Origin: Candidatus Latescibacterota bacterium
GTDB lineage: Bacteria > Latescibacterota > UBA2968 > UBA8231
Assembly: GCA_965197905.1 (NCBI GenBank)
Contig: CBDAOB010000003.1
Location: 320,001 to 384,000 of the forward strand
Length of the DNA stretch: 64,000 bases
Direction: 5' to 3'
How positions within the stretch are numbered: the stretch's first letter is position 1; every line of letters starts with the position of its first letter. Positions 30,659 to 41,081 of this stretch are shown here, one piece after another. Both the position numbers and the translations under genes were made by a program. Under the pieces are notes generated by a model that saw only the letters and a program-made list of their open reading frames with translations, did not search any database and was not told where the DNA came from.

Positions 30659-33223
30659 TCAGATGCCTGAGTCGTCGAGTCCCGCTTTCTCGAGCATGGC
30701 GCGCACTTCCTCGACCGACTTTCCCGTCAGCGGTATGTCCCACCCCAAATTGTCGCCATTGGGTGTGAACCCTCCTCCATCCACGTCGACCCAGATCGGG
30801 TTGGTGTACGCCAGGGGATTCATCTTCGCCTGCCAGCTGCTGCCGTATCCGGTCGAGAGATCGTGGTTCTCTCCGGTGACCACAACGATGAGATGACTGT
30901 CCTGGCTCAACGACACGTAGATCGTCTGATTGAATTTCTCGATCCCGTCGCCAAACCACTCCGCATGCGATTCTCTGGTGAAGTTCAGATCGGTTCGCTG
31001 TCGGCCGTTCACCAGAATCTGCACCCGGTCGATATCGATCCAGTCGGTGCTCTGCACTCTGATGCGGAGCGGTATGGATCCTTGGGCCCTTGCGCTCCCG
31101 CCGGGTAACGTACCGTCACCGGCTTCCACGCTCAGGAACGGTCCGTTGGTCACGAACACCCGACCCGCCTTGGCGTTGAGCACGATCTCCTCCCATTCGA
31201 TCTCGGCCGGCCGGTCGGTGCTGCTGGCTACGTAGGACCGCCAGCCACCGACCCCGTTTCCATGTACGGAGTGGGCGTCCGATACCGCGATCAACGTGTA
31301 GCGATGGCCGCAATTGAGCATCTGCAGCCAGATGAATTCGCGATAATTCCCAACCCTCTCCTCGTCTCTTCGCTCGTAGATGCGCCACGGCGAACGGGCA
31401 AGAATTCGTTGTCCCCATGCCTCGATGCCATCGATCAGGAAGGCTAGCCCCTTGTATCCGCCGTCTTGGCGACCGTCACCATCTCGATCGACGAAATCGA
31501 GCGACATGTTCGGGTGATTCAGGTGGACCCATCGCTCCGGCATGCGGTCGTTCCACGGCCGTTGAAAGTCGCGCAGCACGATCGCATTGATGCGCGGATC
31601 GACCTGCCATTCTGGCCCTCCGCCGTCCTGGACATACGGGTCGGGTTCGTACGGAAAGGCGTTGAAGTGAGCGCCTGAGCCGGTGAGCTCGATTCCCGGA
31701 ATCGTAGCCAGCTCTTCCGACAGCCCAAGCTCATCTATGAACGGCTGCCAGTCGTAGAGCCGGTTGTGCTCGGTCGTCGGGGCAAACTCGATATGCTCTG
31801 CCGCCAGGTTGATCACCCGATCTCGGGAACTGGTCACGTTGTCGCCACTAGGTGTGGAGTGGTTGTGAAAGTCGGTGCTGACCCAACCCGGTGTGTTGAC
31901 CAACCGGCGCAGCTTGCCCTTCACCCGCTCGGTTCGGCCCGGCCGCAGATGAATCTCGGCGGCGATATGGCTGAATTCAATTCCATGAGTCACTACCACG
32001 CGGTAGTCGCCGGGTGGAACCTGCACGCTGAACCGGCCGCTTTCCGAGTGATACTGGTCGAGACATCCGTGCGCGCGCGTTCGCGGCCCCAGATTCGGAG
32101 ACTCGGTGTCATGGATGCCGATGAACTGCACTTTGCAGGGGGTGTTGCCATCCTCGTCGCGAATGTCGAAGGCGATGCTGGAAGCGCGAGCCATTTCCAG
32201 ACTGAGCGACTGCGAACCACCGGCATCCACCTGGACCGATTGGTGGATCACCGGGCGTCCGGGATCGGTGACCTCGAGGTCGTACGAACCGGGAAGCAAG
32301 GCCATCTCGAATCGTCCGGTGTCGTCGGGGTAGGCGATCAACGTGTCCAGACCGCTGCTGAGCAGGATGCGGGCAGTGGTTACCGGGCCGCCGTTCAGAC
32401 TGGACACGACCCCCGACAAGATGCCCGTCTCTCCCTGTCGCATCGCTACTAGGCCGAAGGCCTCAGCCGGCGAAGTGCCGACAGCTAGAAATCGCCGCAA
32501 CGTGACCTCGTCACCCGGTTCTAGTTCGAGGGTGTCTGTCGGCGCGTTGCCGATCCAACCAAAAGCGTAACCGGTCTTGTCCGCCGGATCGATGGCATCT
32601 CCCACCATGTTGTAACCCACCTTTCGCAGATCCGACAACCACCGGATCTGGTCTCCGGTCGCGACCTGATGAGTTGAATCAGCCTCGTTGCGCATAGTCG
32701 TGTCGATGAGCAGACCTTGCACATCATCCTCGAGGCTGTAGACATGCCGTTTGTAGAGGCCGTTGTTGTTGGCGGCGGAGATAACCGATTCGATGCTCGC
32801 CTCTCCCGATTCGCCATTATCCAAGATCTGAACGTGGGTGACGTCCCCCCTCTGATCGAGAGGGGCAAACAGGGTCAGCTGGTCGTTGCCGTCGCCGCGC
32901 AGGGAGAGGTCGTACACGCATCCGGGTGTGATATCCGCCCAATGGGTTAGCATGTTTGCTTTGCGTCGGGGCAGATCGCCAGAGATGGTCGCCTCGATCA
33001 GGTCGTTTCGTATCACGAAATCACCGAGGATGCCATCTGCCTCCTTGCCGGAGGGTAATTCCCGCTTGTTGGCCTCACCGACCTCGAACGCTTCTACCGC
33101 GAGGACCGAGGAAGCGGCCAAAAGCAGGGCAATCGATATCTGAATTGCGAGCGACGCAATTGATACTGCTGGGAAAACACCTGATCCATCACCGCGTCCG
33201 CGTTGAGAGTTCGTGGCGACCAT
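30659..33223 (-). CDS. CehA/McbA-like PHP-family metallohydrolase with carboxypeptidase-regulatory-like domains
   Basis: DFHNHS..SGD, TEHN, GIE, LNHP, SDAH, FVTNGP; signal-like hydrophobic stretch. Confidence 0.8.
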   Translation of the reverse strand: MVATNSQRGRGDGSGVFPAVSIASLAIQISIALLLAASSVLAVEAFEVGEANKRELPSGKEADGILGDFVIRNDLIEATISGDLPRRKANMLTHWADITPGCVYDLSLRGDGNDQLTLFAPLDQRGDVTHVQILDNGESGEASIESVISAANNNGLYKRHVYSLEDDVQGLLIDTTMRNEADSTHQVATGDQIRWLSDLRKVGYNMVGDAIDPADKTGYAFGWIGNAPTDTLELEPGDEVTLRRFLAVGTSPAEAFGLVAMRQGETGILSGVVSSLNGGPVTTARILLSSGLDTLIAYPDDTGRFEMALLPGSYDLEVTDPGRPVIHQSVQVDAGGSQSLSLEMARASSIAFDIRDEDGNTPCKVQFIGIHDTESPNLGPRTRAHGCLDQYHSESGRFSVQVPPGDYRVVVTHGIEFSHIAAEIHLRPGRTERVKGKLRRLVNTPGWVSTDFHNHSTPSGDNVTSSRDRVINLAAEHIEFAPTTEHNRLYDWQPFIDELGLSEELATIPGIELTGSGAHFNAFPYEPDPYVQDGGGPEWQVDPRINAIVLRDFQRPWNDRMPERWVHLNHPNMSLDFVDRDGDGRQDGGYKGLAFLIDGIEAWGQRILARSPWRIYERRDEERVGNYREFIWLQMLNCGHRYTLIAVSDAHSVHGNGVGGWRSYVASSTDRPAEIEWEEIVLNAKAGRVFVTNGPFLSVEAGDGTLPGGSARAQGSIPLRIRVQSTDWIDIDRVQILVNGRQRTDLNFTRESHAEWFGDGIEKFNQTIYVSLSQDSHLIVVVTGENHDLSTGYGSSWQAKMNPLAYTNPIWVDVDGGGFTPNGDNLGWDIPLTGKSVEEVRAMLEKAGLDDSGI

Positions 33224-33292
33224 GACATTTCTCCGGGTTTGATTCGAAGGTTACTCGAAAACTCTCGTCATCGGGATAAACAATGGCAAGCT

Positions 33293-33376
33293 GAAATGCT
33301 AGCTGGCCGTGCCCGAACCGCGAAGCGGTTGCGCGAAGGCGCGCCAGCGCCGAAGCCGGACACGGACGTGTTACGC
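33293..33376. repeat. attC-like site, family A
   Basis: CCGTGCCCG / CGGACACGG arms; ends GTTACGC. Confidence 0.7.
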
Positions 33377-33469
33377 GCTGGCGGACAACTCTCCTCAAGT
33401 AGCGACTAACTAACGATAAGTCCGATTAACCTCGTATGCGAGTGTCGGATTCCAGCTGCGATTGCCACC

Positions 33470-33877
33470 TCAGTAGTAACAACCCAATACTCTCTTCGTC
33501 GACCGCTCGTAGAGCCACAGTCTCCTGAAAGGCCGTCGGCTTCCTCCACTCAGGAGTAGATCGACTTCCAACTGCTTCAAGCTATCGACTGCGCCTGGAG
33601 CTGGCTCAGGCTGTGGATAGCTCTCACAGTGGAGGAGCAAATCCACCGGCATCTCCGAACCTGGGAGTTCCATGTATTCATTGTACACCGGTGGAAGACC
33701 GCCTCCGGGAGGCACTTCGGCGATTTCGATCGCTACGATTTCATCGTCGTTCCAGCGAGCCCTGAATGCCGGCCTAGCAGAGGGGTGTTCCTCAATCGAG
33801 GCGAGATCGAACTCGACCCGCTCCGCGTCGCAGAACTCGAGGAGTATCTGACGTAGGACATCGAGGTCTTCAGTCAC
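33470..33877 (-). CDS. hypothetical protein
   Basis: GAGG RBS; protein-like ORF in cassette position. Confidence 0.55.
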   Translation of the reverse strand: MTEDLDVLRQILLEFCDAERVEFDLASIEEHPSARPAFRARWNDDEIVAIEIAEVPPGGGLPPVYNEYMELPGSEMPVDLLLHCESYPQPEPAPGAVDSLKQLEVDLLLSGGSRRPFRRLWLYERSTKRVLGCYY

Positions 33878-34013
33878 TCTTGCCTCTTGATCTTAGAGAA
33901 AGTGCCCTGCGGACTAAACAGACGCAGTGCAGTTGCCACGGACGCAGTACTCACTGACTTCGTGACTCTCACACTCAGCCTCCGGAGAAACCCCGGCGAA
34001 TCAGCTTGCGAGT

Positions 34014-34640
34014 AAGACTTCTATGTAAAGAAGAAAATGTAATACGTCTATGCGGCCACGCACTCACGAGCTGTCGGCACTCGATAAGGGCTTCCGCTCC
34101 TCCACACAGCATAGACGATATCGACCATTCGCCGTTTCAGACATCTGAATGCGTGCTTCGATGTTTTGCCTTCGGCTTTCTTTTTCACCAGATACGCCTG
34201 AGCGAGCGGAGTGTATCGGCTCTGTACCTGGGCAATCATGTGGAATATTGAATTCAGGCGACGATCTCCTTTCGGATTGACGCGATGATAGTAGTTGCCT
34301 GCAGTGCCCGCACGCAGTGGTGCCAGCCCCGCATGATGCGCCAACGATGCCGACGATGCGGTCCACTCAATGTGGCGGACACGAGCAATGAGCTGGCCCG
34401 CCCGTAGGATGCCAATGCCCTGTATGGAGAGTAATGAGGGGGCTAAACGCTCGACCAACGGAGTTAACTGTCCCTCCAGCTGTTGGATCTGCTCGCGCAA
34501 GGATCCAATGAGGCCGGCCAGTTGGCGCACGATCGTTACGCGCGTGGCCCGAATCGGGTCGCGCTTGGGTGACTCCAGGTACACCTGCTCATGAGTTGTC
34601 ATCACCGCCGAGCAGAACGGGGACAACATCTCGACGTTCG
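34014..34640 (-). mobile_element. IS110-family transposase C-terminal half and right end
   Basis: LLSIQGIG..AGLAP..GDRRLN..EGK..AFRCLKRR; TTTACATAGAAGTCTT after the stop; DEDD N-terminal domain absent. Confidence 0.8.
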
Positions 34641-34955
34641 CCTTCCGCCTCTTGTGACGCAACCTCATAAGCACCAGAGAAGCGAATGTATCCTGCCGCC
34701 ACAACTAGTCGAATGGGTTTGTTTCGAAGAATGAGGTCGAGAACCTGTAGTATAATGCAGATTTCGCGCGAAATTCTTTATTATAATACAGTTTGCCAAC
34801 CTTGCGTCAGACATGGCGAGACCGTCTGGAAGGTTCAGGACCGAAGGACCAGTTGGATTCCCCGCTAACCGACTCTGGCGTCCCTCCGTGCGGTTGATTA
34901 TCCCATTGCCTTGTATCATGCCTTTGCCATCACCTTAATTCATAAGGAGTCCCCC

Positions 34956-35258
34956 ATGTCCAGACCACACGACCGGGGCGGCATGGCTGCCGGCTCCATC
35001 GATACCAGCGAACACGACCTGGCTCAGTGGGAGAAAAATACGCACGCCCTGATGGGCATTCTCTCCGGTGACCTCAAGCTGATCGGCGGCAGTCGTGCCG
35101 CGATCGAAAGTATCCCGCCCGATACTGCCGATATGCGCTATCTCGTCGTCCCGCAGCGTCCATCAGGTACGGAAAATCTCACAGAAGAAGAACTGGCCGA
35201 CCTCGTTACCCGTGACAGCATGATTGGCGTTGCCAAAGCCCTCTCGCCAGGAGAATAA
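34956..35258 (+). pseudogene. nitrile hydratase beta-like N-terminus fused to alpha-subunit C-terminus
   Basis: [17 protein letters not shown] joined to [26 protein letters not shown]. Confidence 0.75.
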
Positions 35259-35372
35259 TCTTGCTTTCCCGCCTCTCCTTCGCGCTATTGGTGGGACGAG
35301 GCGTTCGGATGCCGGCGTGCACGGATAGTGCTCGCCACTGTATATCCGATTCCGCACCCTTTTGTGTCGTAA
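35253..35372. repeat. inverted attC-like repeat, family C
   Basis: Reverse complement matches 18628-18695; begins at the stop codon of the plus-strand gene. Confidence 0.6.
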
Positions 35373-35676
35373 CTAACGCGCCTCGATTCCGAGCCTGGGT
35401 TTCGCACATTTGCGTCATGGTAAATTGCCAGCGTTCCCGAGACGAAAAGACGCCTGTATTCCAGCTAGTCGCCCAAATGGGGAGCACTGATACCTACTCG
35501 ATCAATAAGGAGGCGAGCGCTGCCGACACGAACCATCTGCAAAACCGTGCGTGCCATGAACACGTAATACACGACCAGGATCAACGCGCCCAACCCCGTC
35601 GTCCAAATGACCGCCGGCGTAATCAAATCCACAGTGATGCTACCTTGCCTTCACAATTCACGAAGCCGAAGAATCA

Positions 35677-36555
35677 TTAGGTGTTTACATATTTTTCGAT
35701 GTTCTGTTTTAACCCTTCATTGCAATCATACTTTTCGTCATAGCCCAAGGTACTACGGATATTTGCCGTATCGACGTACCACGCTTGATCGTAGTCACAT
35801 TTATCTTCAATAGACGGATCAAGAATAATCTCACCTTCCCAATTCAAATGCGATCCTATTTTTCGACACCACTCTTCTTCCGTGTAATGAACGGGTTCAG
35901 CAACGTTGAATATTTGCTTACCGTTCTGGTTGATGCCAAGTGAAACGGCGTATCCACAATTTGTATTTAGGGCACGTGAAAATCTCCACTTTGCATCCTT
36001 AGGATGCATTCTTACAACATTGTCCTGTTGAATTTGATCTACGTATCCTTTGATTCTAAAGGTATCAGGCCATCCGTAAATGGCCGGGAGTCTAAATACT
36101 GTGACGTCCGTGTTTAGGGATAAATATTGCTTCTCAACATTCAGCTTGTCATAACGCTTGCCATCAGCTGTTAGTACTGTTCGAAGTTCATCTACTTCTC
36201 TGATTGGACACTGCTGATAAGGCGGGGACTCGATACGATGAAGAATATTGTGGGCCTTGTAGATATCGATGCTTGAGCACGCGATCAACGGCTTTCTTAT
36301 TTCTTCAATGATTTCACCCAATGCAATTGCTGCTTCTTCGGTCATTGGTATCATATCGATGATAATATCAGGATTAACTTCTATGATTTTTTCGCGTAAT
36401 ATCTTATTGTCGCGCCTGTCACATTGTATTCCTTCGCCACCGGATGGATTAACCCCTCTTCTATTGAGGCAAATTGTTTCATGACCTGCGGCTCCAAGCT
36501 CTTCTGTGACATAGGGTCCGACCAAGCCAGTGGCACCAATAATAAGAATTCTCAT
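35677..36555 (-). CDS. NAD-dependent epimerase/dehydratase
   Basis: IIGATGLVG, SSIDIY, YDK, RLPAIYG; AT-rich. Confidence 0.85.
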   Translation of the reverse strand: MRILIIGATGLVGPYVTEELGAAGHETICLNRRGVNPSGGEGIQCDRRDNKILREKIIEVNPDIIIDMIPMTEEAAIALGEIIEEIRKPLIACSSIDIYKAHNILHRIESPPYQQCPIREVDELRTVLTADGKRYDKLNVEKQYLSLNTDVTVFRLPAIYGWPDTFRIKGYVDQIQQDNVVRMHPKDAKWRFSRALNTNCGYAVSLGINQNGKQIFNVAEPVHYTEEEWCRKIGSHLNWEGEIILDPSIEDKCDYDQAWYVDTANIRSTLGYDEKYDCNEGLKQNIEKYVNT

Positions 36556-37237
36556 TTTGAGCCTGCCTCATTGAGTTTCGAATTTGTACATTTCTTGCGA
36601 AGTGGTGACGCGAATGCCATCGATCGAAAGGTCCGGGGCCGCCTCGATACTCCGTGAATCCGATGGCCAACCAGATCGGTACCCCGGGGGCGAACTGTAG
36701 GCCGGCACACATCACCGCGTCCAAACTTCGGTGCAGTCGCCGTCGGGAAGAGTACAGCCGGCTCTTGACGGTTTGGACCGGCACTCCGATGGCGTCCGCG
36801 ACCTGCTGTTGTGAGTAACCTTCGATGTAATACAGGCGAGTGGCTTCGCGCTCGCGGTCCGGAAGCGCCGCAATTCGCTCGGCTATTTGGCGCCGGAGGT
36901 CGCTGTCGATCAGCTGTCGTTCGGGGTCCGGCTCGTCTGAAGGCTGATTCTCGATCACTGCCAGCGGGACCGTTATCGGACTCTTTCGACGCCGCATACG
37001 ACTGCAGTGAGTGCCGACCAGGCGGAGCAGCCAGGCCGGAAACGCGCCCGGGTCCCGCAGTTGATCCATCTTTTGATAAGCTGTCGCGAACGCCTCCTGA
37101 GTGGCATCGTGGGCGAGGTGCGGGTCGTTCAATAGCGCGCACGCGCGTCTGTAAGCCAAACTGTAGTACTGCCCAACGAGCGCGTCGAACGACTTCCTGG
37201 ACAGTCCCTCTGTATCTGAATATGTCTCGCTGCTCAT
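36479..37237 (-). CDS. ECF RNA polymerase sigma factor (C-terminal tail probably non-native)
   Basis: AHDATQEAF..FPAWL..LPDRERE..GYSQQQVADAIGVPVQTVKSRL. Confidence 0.85.
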   Translation of the reverse strand: MSSETYSDTEGLSRKSFDALVGQYYSLAYRRACALLNDPHLAHDATQEAFATAYQKMDQLRDPGAFPAWLLRLVGTHCSRMRRRKSPITVPLAVIENQPSDEPDPERQLIDSDLRRQIAERIAALPDREREATRLYYIEGYSQQQVADAIGVPVQTVKSRLYSSRRRLHRSLDAVMCAGLQFAPGVPIWLAIGFTEYRGGPGPFDRWHSRHHFARNVQIRNSMRQAQNENSYYWCHWLGRTLCHRRAWSRRS

Positions 37238-37489
37238 CGAGAACTCCTTTGGAATGAGTATAGATCCCTACATATATAGAACCGGTGATGGCGCCAATGG
37301 TTGGAATAGAATTCGTGGCGATCCCGGAAAATGGTGGCTGTCCGCCGCCGATAATTTCATGTCGCGTCATGCCGAGTGCGGATGCCGACCCCGAACACGA
37401 CCTAGATTACCACATGTTAGCTGCTACAGCCTGTACACTTGACTCATGGGCAGAAACGGTCGATCTGCATCATTCGAAATGTTGCTTAC

Positions 37490-37577
37490 CTGCGCCGACA
37501 TCCGAGCGCCTCGTCCCAGCGAAGCGGGCGCCGGAGTCCCGCGCCGATCGACGCGCAGTGGAATTGGTGTGATATAT
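37490..37577. repeat. degenerate attC-like site (C/A hybrid)
   Basis: CATCCGAGCGCCTCGTCCCAGCGAAGC..GCGCCGATCGACGCGCAG..GATATAT. Confidence 0.5.
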
Positions 37578-37615
37578 GCCGTGTTTTGGGTTCTCACCAA
37601 AGTTTGGGTGCCGAG

Positions 37616-38367
37616 TCAACGCAGACCGATGTACAATGCAAAAGCACTGAGCTTCCACAGAACATCGGTTTTCCTAAACCCAGCTTGTTTCAACAGATTC
37701 ATATGCTCGAATAACGGTAACGGATTGTCTTCGATAACCGCACCACGTAGGATGCCTGTTGCTGCCTCTTCACCAAAGGCCTGCTCCAAATGGCCACCCC
37801 AGTCTTGGAATGCAAGCATCGTAAGATCCAGGTCTGCGCCATATACGTGGTCGAGGCACACGAAAATACCGGCAGGTTTTAGCGAGCATGGATCTTCTGA
37901 TAGAGATCATGATAGCTCGATATCGATCGACCATGACAGATAGAGAAGGTTGAAAGAACGCAATCATATGTAGATCGAGCTAGCCGGAGTTTTGGATCAA
38001 ACATATCCCCCACGACAGTCTCGAATCTTCCATCATTCGCCGCCAGAACTTCCTGAGCGACATCCAGCTGACGTTCGGACACATCGAGCAGAGTGATATG
38101 CGCCTCGGGGAATGCCTCAAGGATACGGGCAGACAGACGGCCAGCCCCCGCCCCCATGTCCAGGAACTTACGCGAGCCTTGGAGGTGTTGAATCGATCGA
38201 ATTAGTAGGGTGTGCGCGTAGGCTGCCTGCGGACATATTTTGTCGAGTGCCGATGCGTCATAAACGTCTCTCTTTCGGAAGTGGGCATTGACTTCCTCCT
38301 GAGTCTCTTTCGCGTCTAGCCCCTGGGCAAGCATAGAGCGTAACTGTTCAACGTCTTCTTCCCGCAT
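37616..38367 (-). pseudogene. class I SAM methyltransferase, frameshifted
   Basis: FLDMGAGAG, LLDVS; LKPAG region in a shifted frame. Confidence 0.75.
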
Positions 38368-38393
38368 CAGTCTACAGTCCTGTCGGACTCATG

Positions 38394-38496
38394 GTCTAAC
38401 TCGATCCATGTCATATATCGATTTGCCTTGCGCGAACCTGCGAAGCAGGTTGGGCCAAAGCCCGTCAGGGCTGAGCCGCGCAAGGTCCAGTTAAGC
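38394..38496. repeat. attC-like site, family A
   Basis: CCTTGCGCG / CGCGCAAGG arms, AACCTGCGAAGCAGGTT hairpin, GTTAAGC. Confidence 0.7.
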
Positions 38497-38545
38497 GCCG
38501 TGCCTCTGACTTGATTGTGTTTCACGGCCAAGTGTCTTGGTTAGG

Positions 38546-39211
38546 TCAAGCGTACCGAAATGCCTCGAGTCTTCGGGACCAGTTCTGCAATGCCACTTGA
38601 CTCTCGGATAGTTCGTTCCAGCGTTGATAGGTCAGATTTCCGATGATCCCGTAAAGGGCGAAATCTATGTAAACGGGAACTTCTCCCAGGAGAAAGGGAG
38701 AGTGGCGCAATGTCTGTTCGAACCGATGCAAGAGTCGGTCCACTTCAACTCGCAACTGTGTCCTCTCCCGACGCCAGGTGTCCACGCATCCCCGGCCGAA
38801 TCGACATTCCTTGTGTCGAATCACCTGACTGCGGGCCACTAGGTCATCAATCATGTCAACGTAGGGAGGATCGACCAACTTGAATGTCACATCCTCCAGT
38901 TTCTCTTCAATATGTTCGAGCAAGATCTCTTGGATCCCTCTTGTTGCCTCCGGGAAAAGTCGTCCTTTGCCCCACTTTTCTTCTATGTATTGAGCAATGT
39001 CCTGGCTGTTTGCGGTTGATTCCCAGACTGATTCTCCACCGTCTCGCAGTAACGGGACTTGATAGTATTCGCCGTCGGTCAACTCCATGATAGCGGAGCG
39101 GTCCCAGTTCGGAACTTCGACGCGTTCGTAGTCGACCTTTAAACTGTCAAGGGCCCGAGTAACGGGGATGCAGAAAGGGCTGTGGGCCATCTCATAGATT
39201 ACCAGATTCAT
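38546..39211 (-). CDS. glutathione S-transferase family protein
   Basis: SPFC, QVPLL, S.DI..YI, FLLG....IDFALYG. Confidence 0.85.
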   Translation of the reverse strand: MNLVIYEMAHSPFCIPVTRALDSLKVDYERVEVPNWDRSAIMELTDGEYYQVPLLRDGGESVWESTANSQDIAQYIEEKWGKGRLFPEATRGIQEILLEHIEEKLEDVTFKLVDPPYVDMIDDLVARSQVIRHKECRFGRGCVDTWRRERTQLRVEVDRLLHRFEQTLRHSPFLLGEVPVYIDFALYGIIGNLTYQRWNELSESQVALQNWSRRLEAFRYA

Positions 39212-39260
39212 GCATCTCTCCTATCTGAGTATTCCGCTACGCATGCTTACATGGAATGGC

Positions 39261-39410
39261 GCTTAACTTCCTCAAGACGAACCGTCGGTCCTGGCACCAT
39301 GCCGAAACGGTTCCATAGACGCACCAAACGTGCGGATACTAGTGGACAGTCACAAGCGGCATCCGAACGCTTCGTCCCAGCGACAGGGAAGCGATTTCTG
39401 TGGTAGTTTT
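39261..39410. repeat. attC-like site, family C
   Basis: GCTTAACTTCCTCAAGACGAACCGTCGGTCCTGGCAC, homologous to 22925. Confidence 0.7.
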
Positions 39411-39463
39411 GCGATCAGAAAAGCGATGCAGAGGCGACCATCACGCTTCTGTTCTTCGTTTTT

Positions 39464-39757
39464 TCAGGGTTTGACGGCCTGAGCAAAGAACAGACTCTGA
39501 GAATAATCGTCATACACCTTCCACTTGTGGATTTCGAAACCTGCTGTCTCGACTTCCTGAATCAAACTCTCTGGCAAGCCCCAATAACGTGTCGCAATGC
39601 CATCCTCTATCTTGCATCGGGTCACAGAATCAAACGGATAATCTGCATTCTTCGGCTCACCACACTTTGTCATCACGATGAATAAACCCTGAGACTTCAA
39701 CACACGATACACATTCTCCAAGAAAGTAATGCGATCTTCGCCGATGATACAATGCAA
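39464..39757 (-). pseudogene. SAM methyltransferase C-terminal fragment
   Basis: LHCIIGEDR..FLENVYRVLKSQG. Confidence 0.65.
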
Positions 39758-39764
39758 GCAAAGC

Positions 39765-40466
39765 GTTGGCTTTCGCCATAGCCCTCAGTCCGACTCCCAT
39801 CGCTACGTTTCCAGTTCCCGCCGCCTCAAACCGGACGTGCGGATCTCCCGCATCCGGCTTCCCGACGAACGTCACATCCAGGCACACGCCACAAGGACTT
39901 CACCTGGTAGTCAAGCTGCTTCCGATGCATACTAGTCTTACTGCTGGAGGCAATAGGCTCACGCCACTCTCCAACCCTCTGCACTTCCGCAGCATGTCCG
40001 AAGTCAGGCCCCTTCCCTCCACCGGAGTTACCCGGCTTCCTCGGTACTACGCGCCTGTCCGCCACCTCATCCAGCCCAGTCTGGCCCTCGCGGGTTACCG
40101 GTTGGAGGCACTCGCTGCTTCCACCGGATGAGGCTTCCCGTGTTGCGCCACATCTCCTCTTACACACATGCTGTCGCCACTACCCCGGCGGAACAGCTGG
40201 GTGCGCTTGTCGCTCGACTTCCCCAGCTGCAGCGGCCTTCCCTGGTTTACGGGCAGGTCGGCTTCCGCATTACACTTTTCGAGGCCTGCTCAGCGTTTAC
40301 TCACGTTACGGCCTGTGTGCTCGCCAAGTCGCCCAAGGCGACCCTCTACACCGGAGGCTTCAGCGGCTTCGTCGCCTCCACCACTGCTCCGATTGCTACC
40401 GGCTGGAGCGACCCTTGCCGGGTGGGATTCGCACCCACTGAAGATGTGCGCCTTAGCACGGCGCAC
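39765..40466 (-). ncRNA. ORF-less group II intron, 3' end truncated within domain VI
   Basis: 5' GTGCG 12 nt after a GGGTAAC box; domain V AAGCCGGATGCGGGAGATCCGCACGTCCGGTTT (39860-39828). Confidence 0.85.
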
Positions 40467-40526
40467 CGCAAACGGGTTGTTACCCGAAGTATACCCCGTT
40501 CAAGAAGTAGCCCGACATTCCAGGCA

Positions 40527-40883
40527 TTACTTTGTCCGCTCTCGAGGAATGATACGAATTGCGTCATCTAGCCGCTTTGACAGGGGTGCTAAATTTGATC
40601 CTGACCTTGGATCAACTACGAGGATCTTGTAGTCAACTGTAGTATCGGGATAAACTTGAACGATCTTGTAGTCGATGGAGGAATCCGGCTTAACGACGCT
40701 TATAGAATACGCAACGCCCGATTCAGGCACATGTAGTCGAGGCAGTTGTTTCAAAGCATGCTCAACCCTTTCTACTGAGGCGGAGTCACCTTGAACGACG
40801 AGGGGTAACGGAGCTTCAGTTGGCTCGCCACAGCCACTGACGGAAATTGCCCCTATAGTTAGCATCCGAATTGCTCTTCTCAT
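40527..40883 (-). CDS. putative lipoprotein
   Basis: Lipobox-like VSGC; internal PDxxxDYKI repeat. Confidence 0.6.
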   Translation of the reverse strand: MRRAIRMLTIGAISVSGCGEPTEAPLPLVVQGDSASVERVEHALKQLPRLHVPESGVAYSISVVKPDSSIDYKIVQVYPDTTVDYKILVVDPRSGSNLAPLSKRLDDAIRIIPRERTK

Positions 40884-40911
40884 TGTCGTTTCAATCTTCT
40901 CATATTTCGGG

Positions 40912-41081
40912 ATCACGGTAGGACGACCGGTTACCCGACCGCCCCCGCACAGATCCCGGCGAGCGGAATTACCGCACCGGGCTCTTCGAAGGTATTCGCT
41001 TGCGCACCCACACACCATCAGGAGGCGAGCTCAGTAATGCGTGGTGACACTAGGTGAAAGTGGTCCAATACCTGCACGCAC
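40912..41081 (-). ncRNA. group II intron remnant (~170 nt: 5' end plus domains V-VI)
   Basis: GAGCCCGGTGCGGTAATTCCGCTCGCCGGGATCT and GGGGCGGTCGGGTAACCGGTCGTCCTACCGTGAT; GTGCG at 41081. Confidence 0.75.

Noticed and set aside
39657..40632. Overlapping ORFs across the second intron
   Set aside because: Shadow translations of intron RNA with no recognisable protein motifs.
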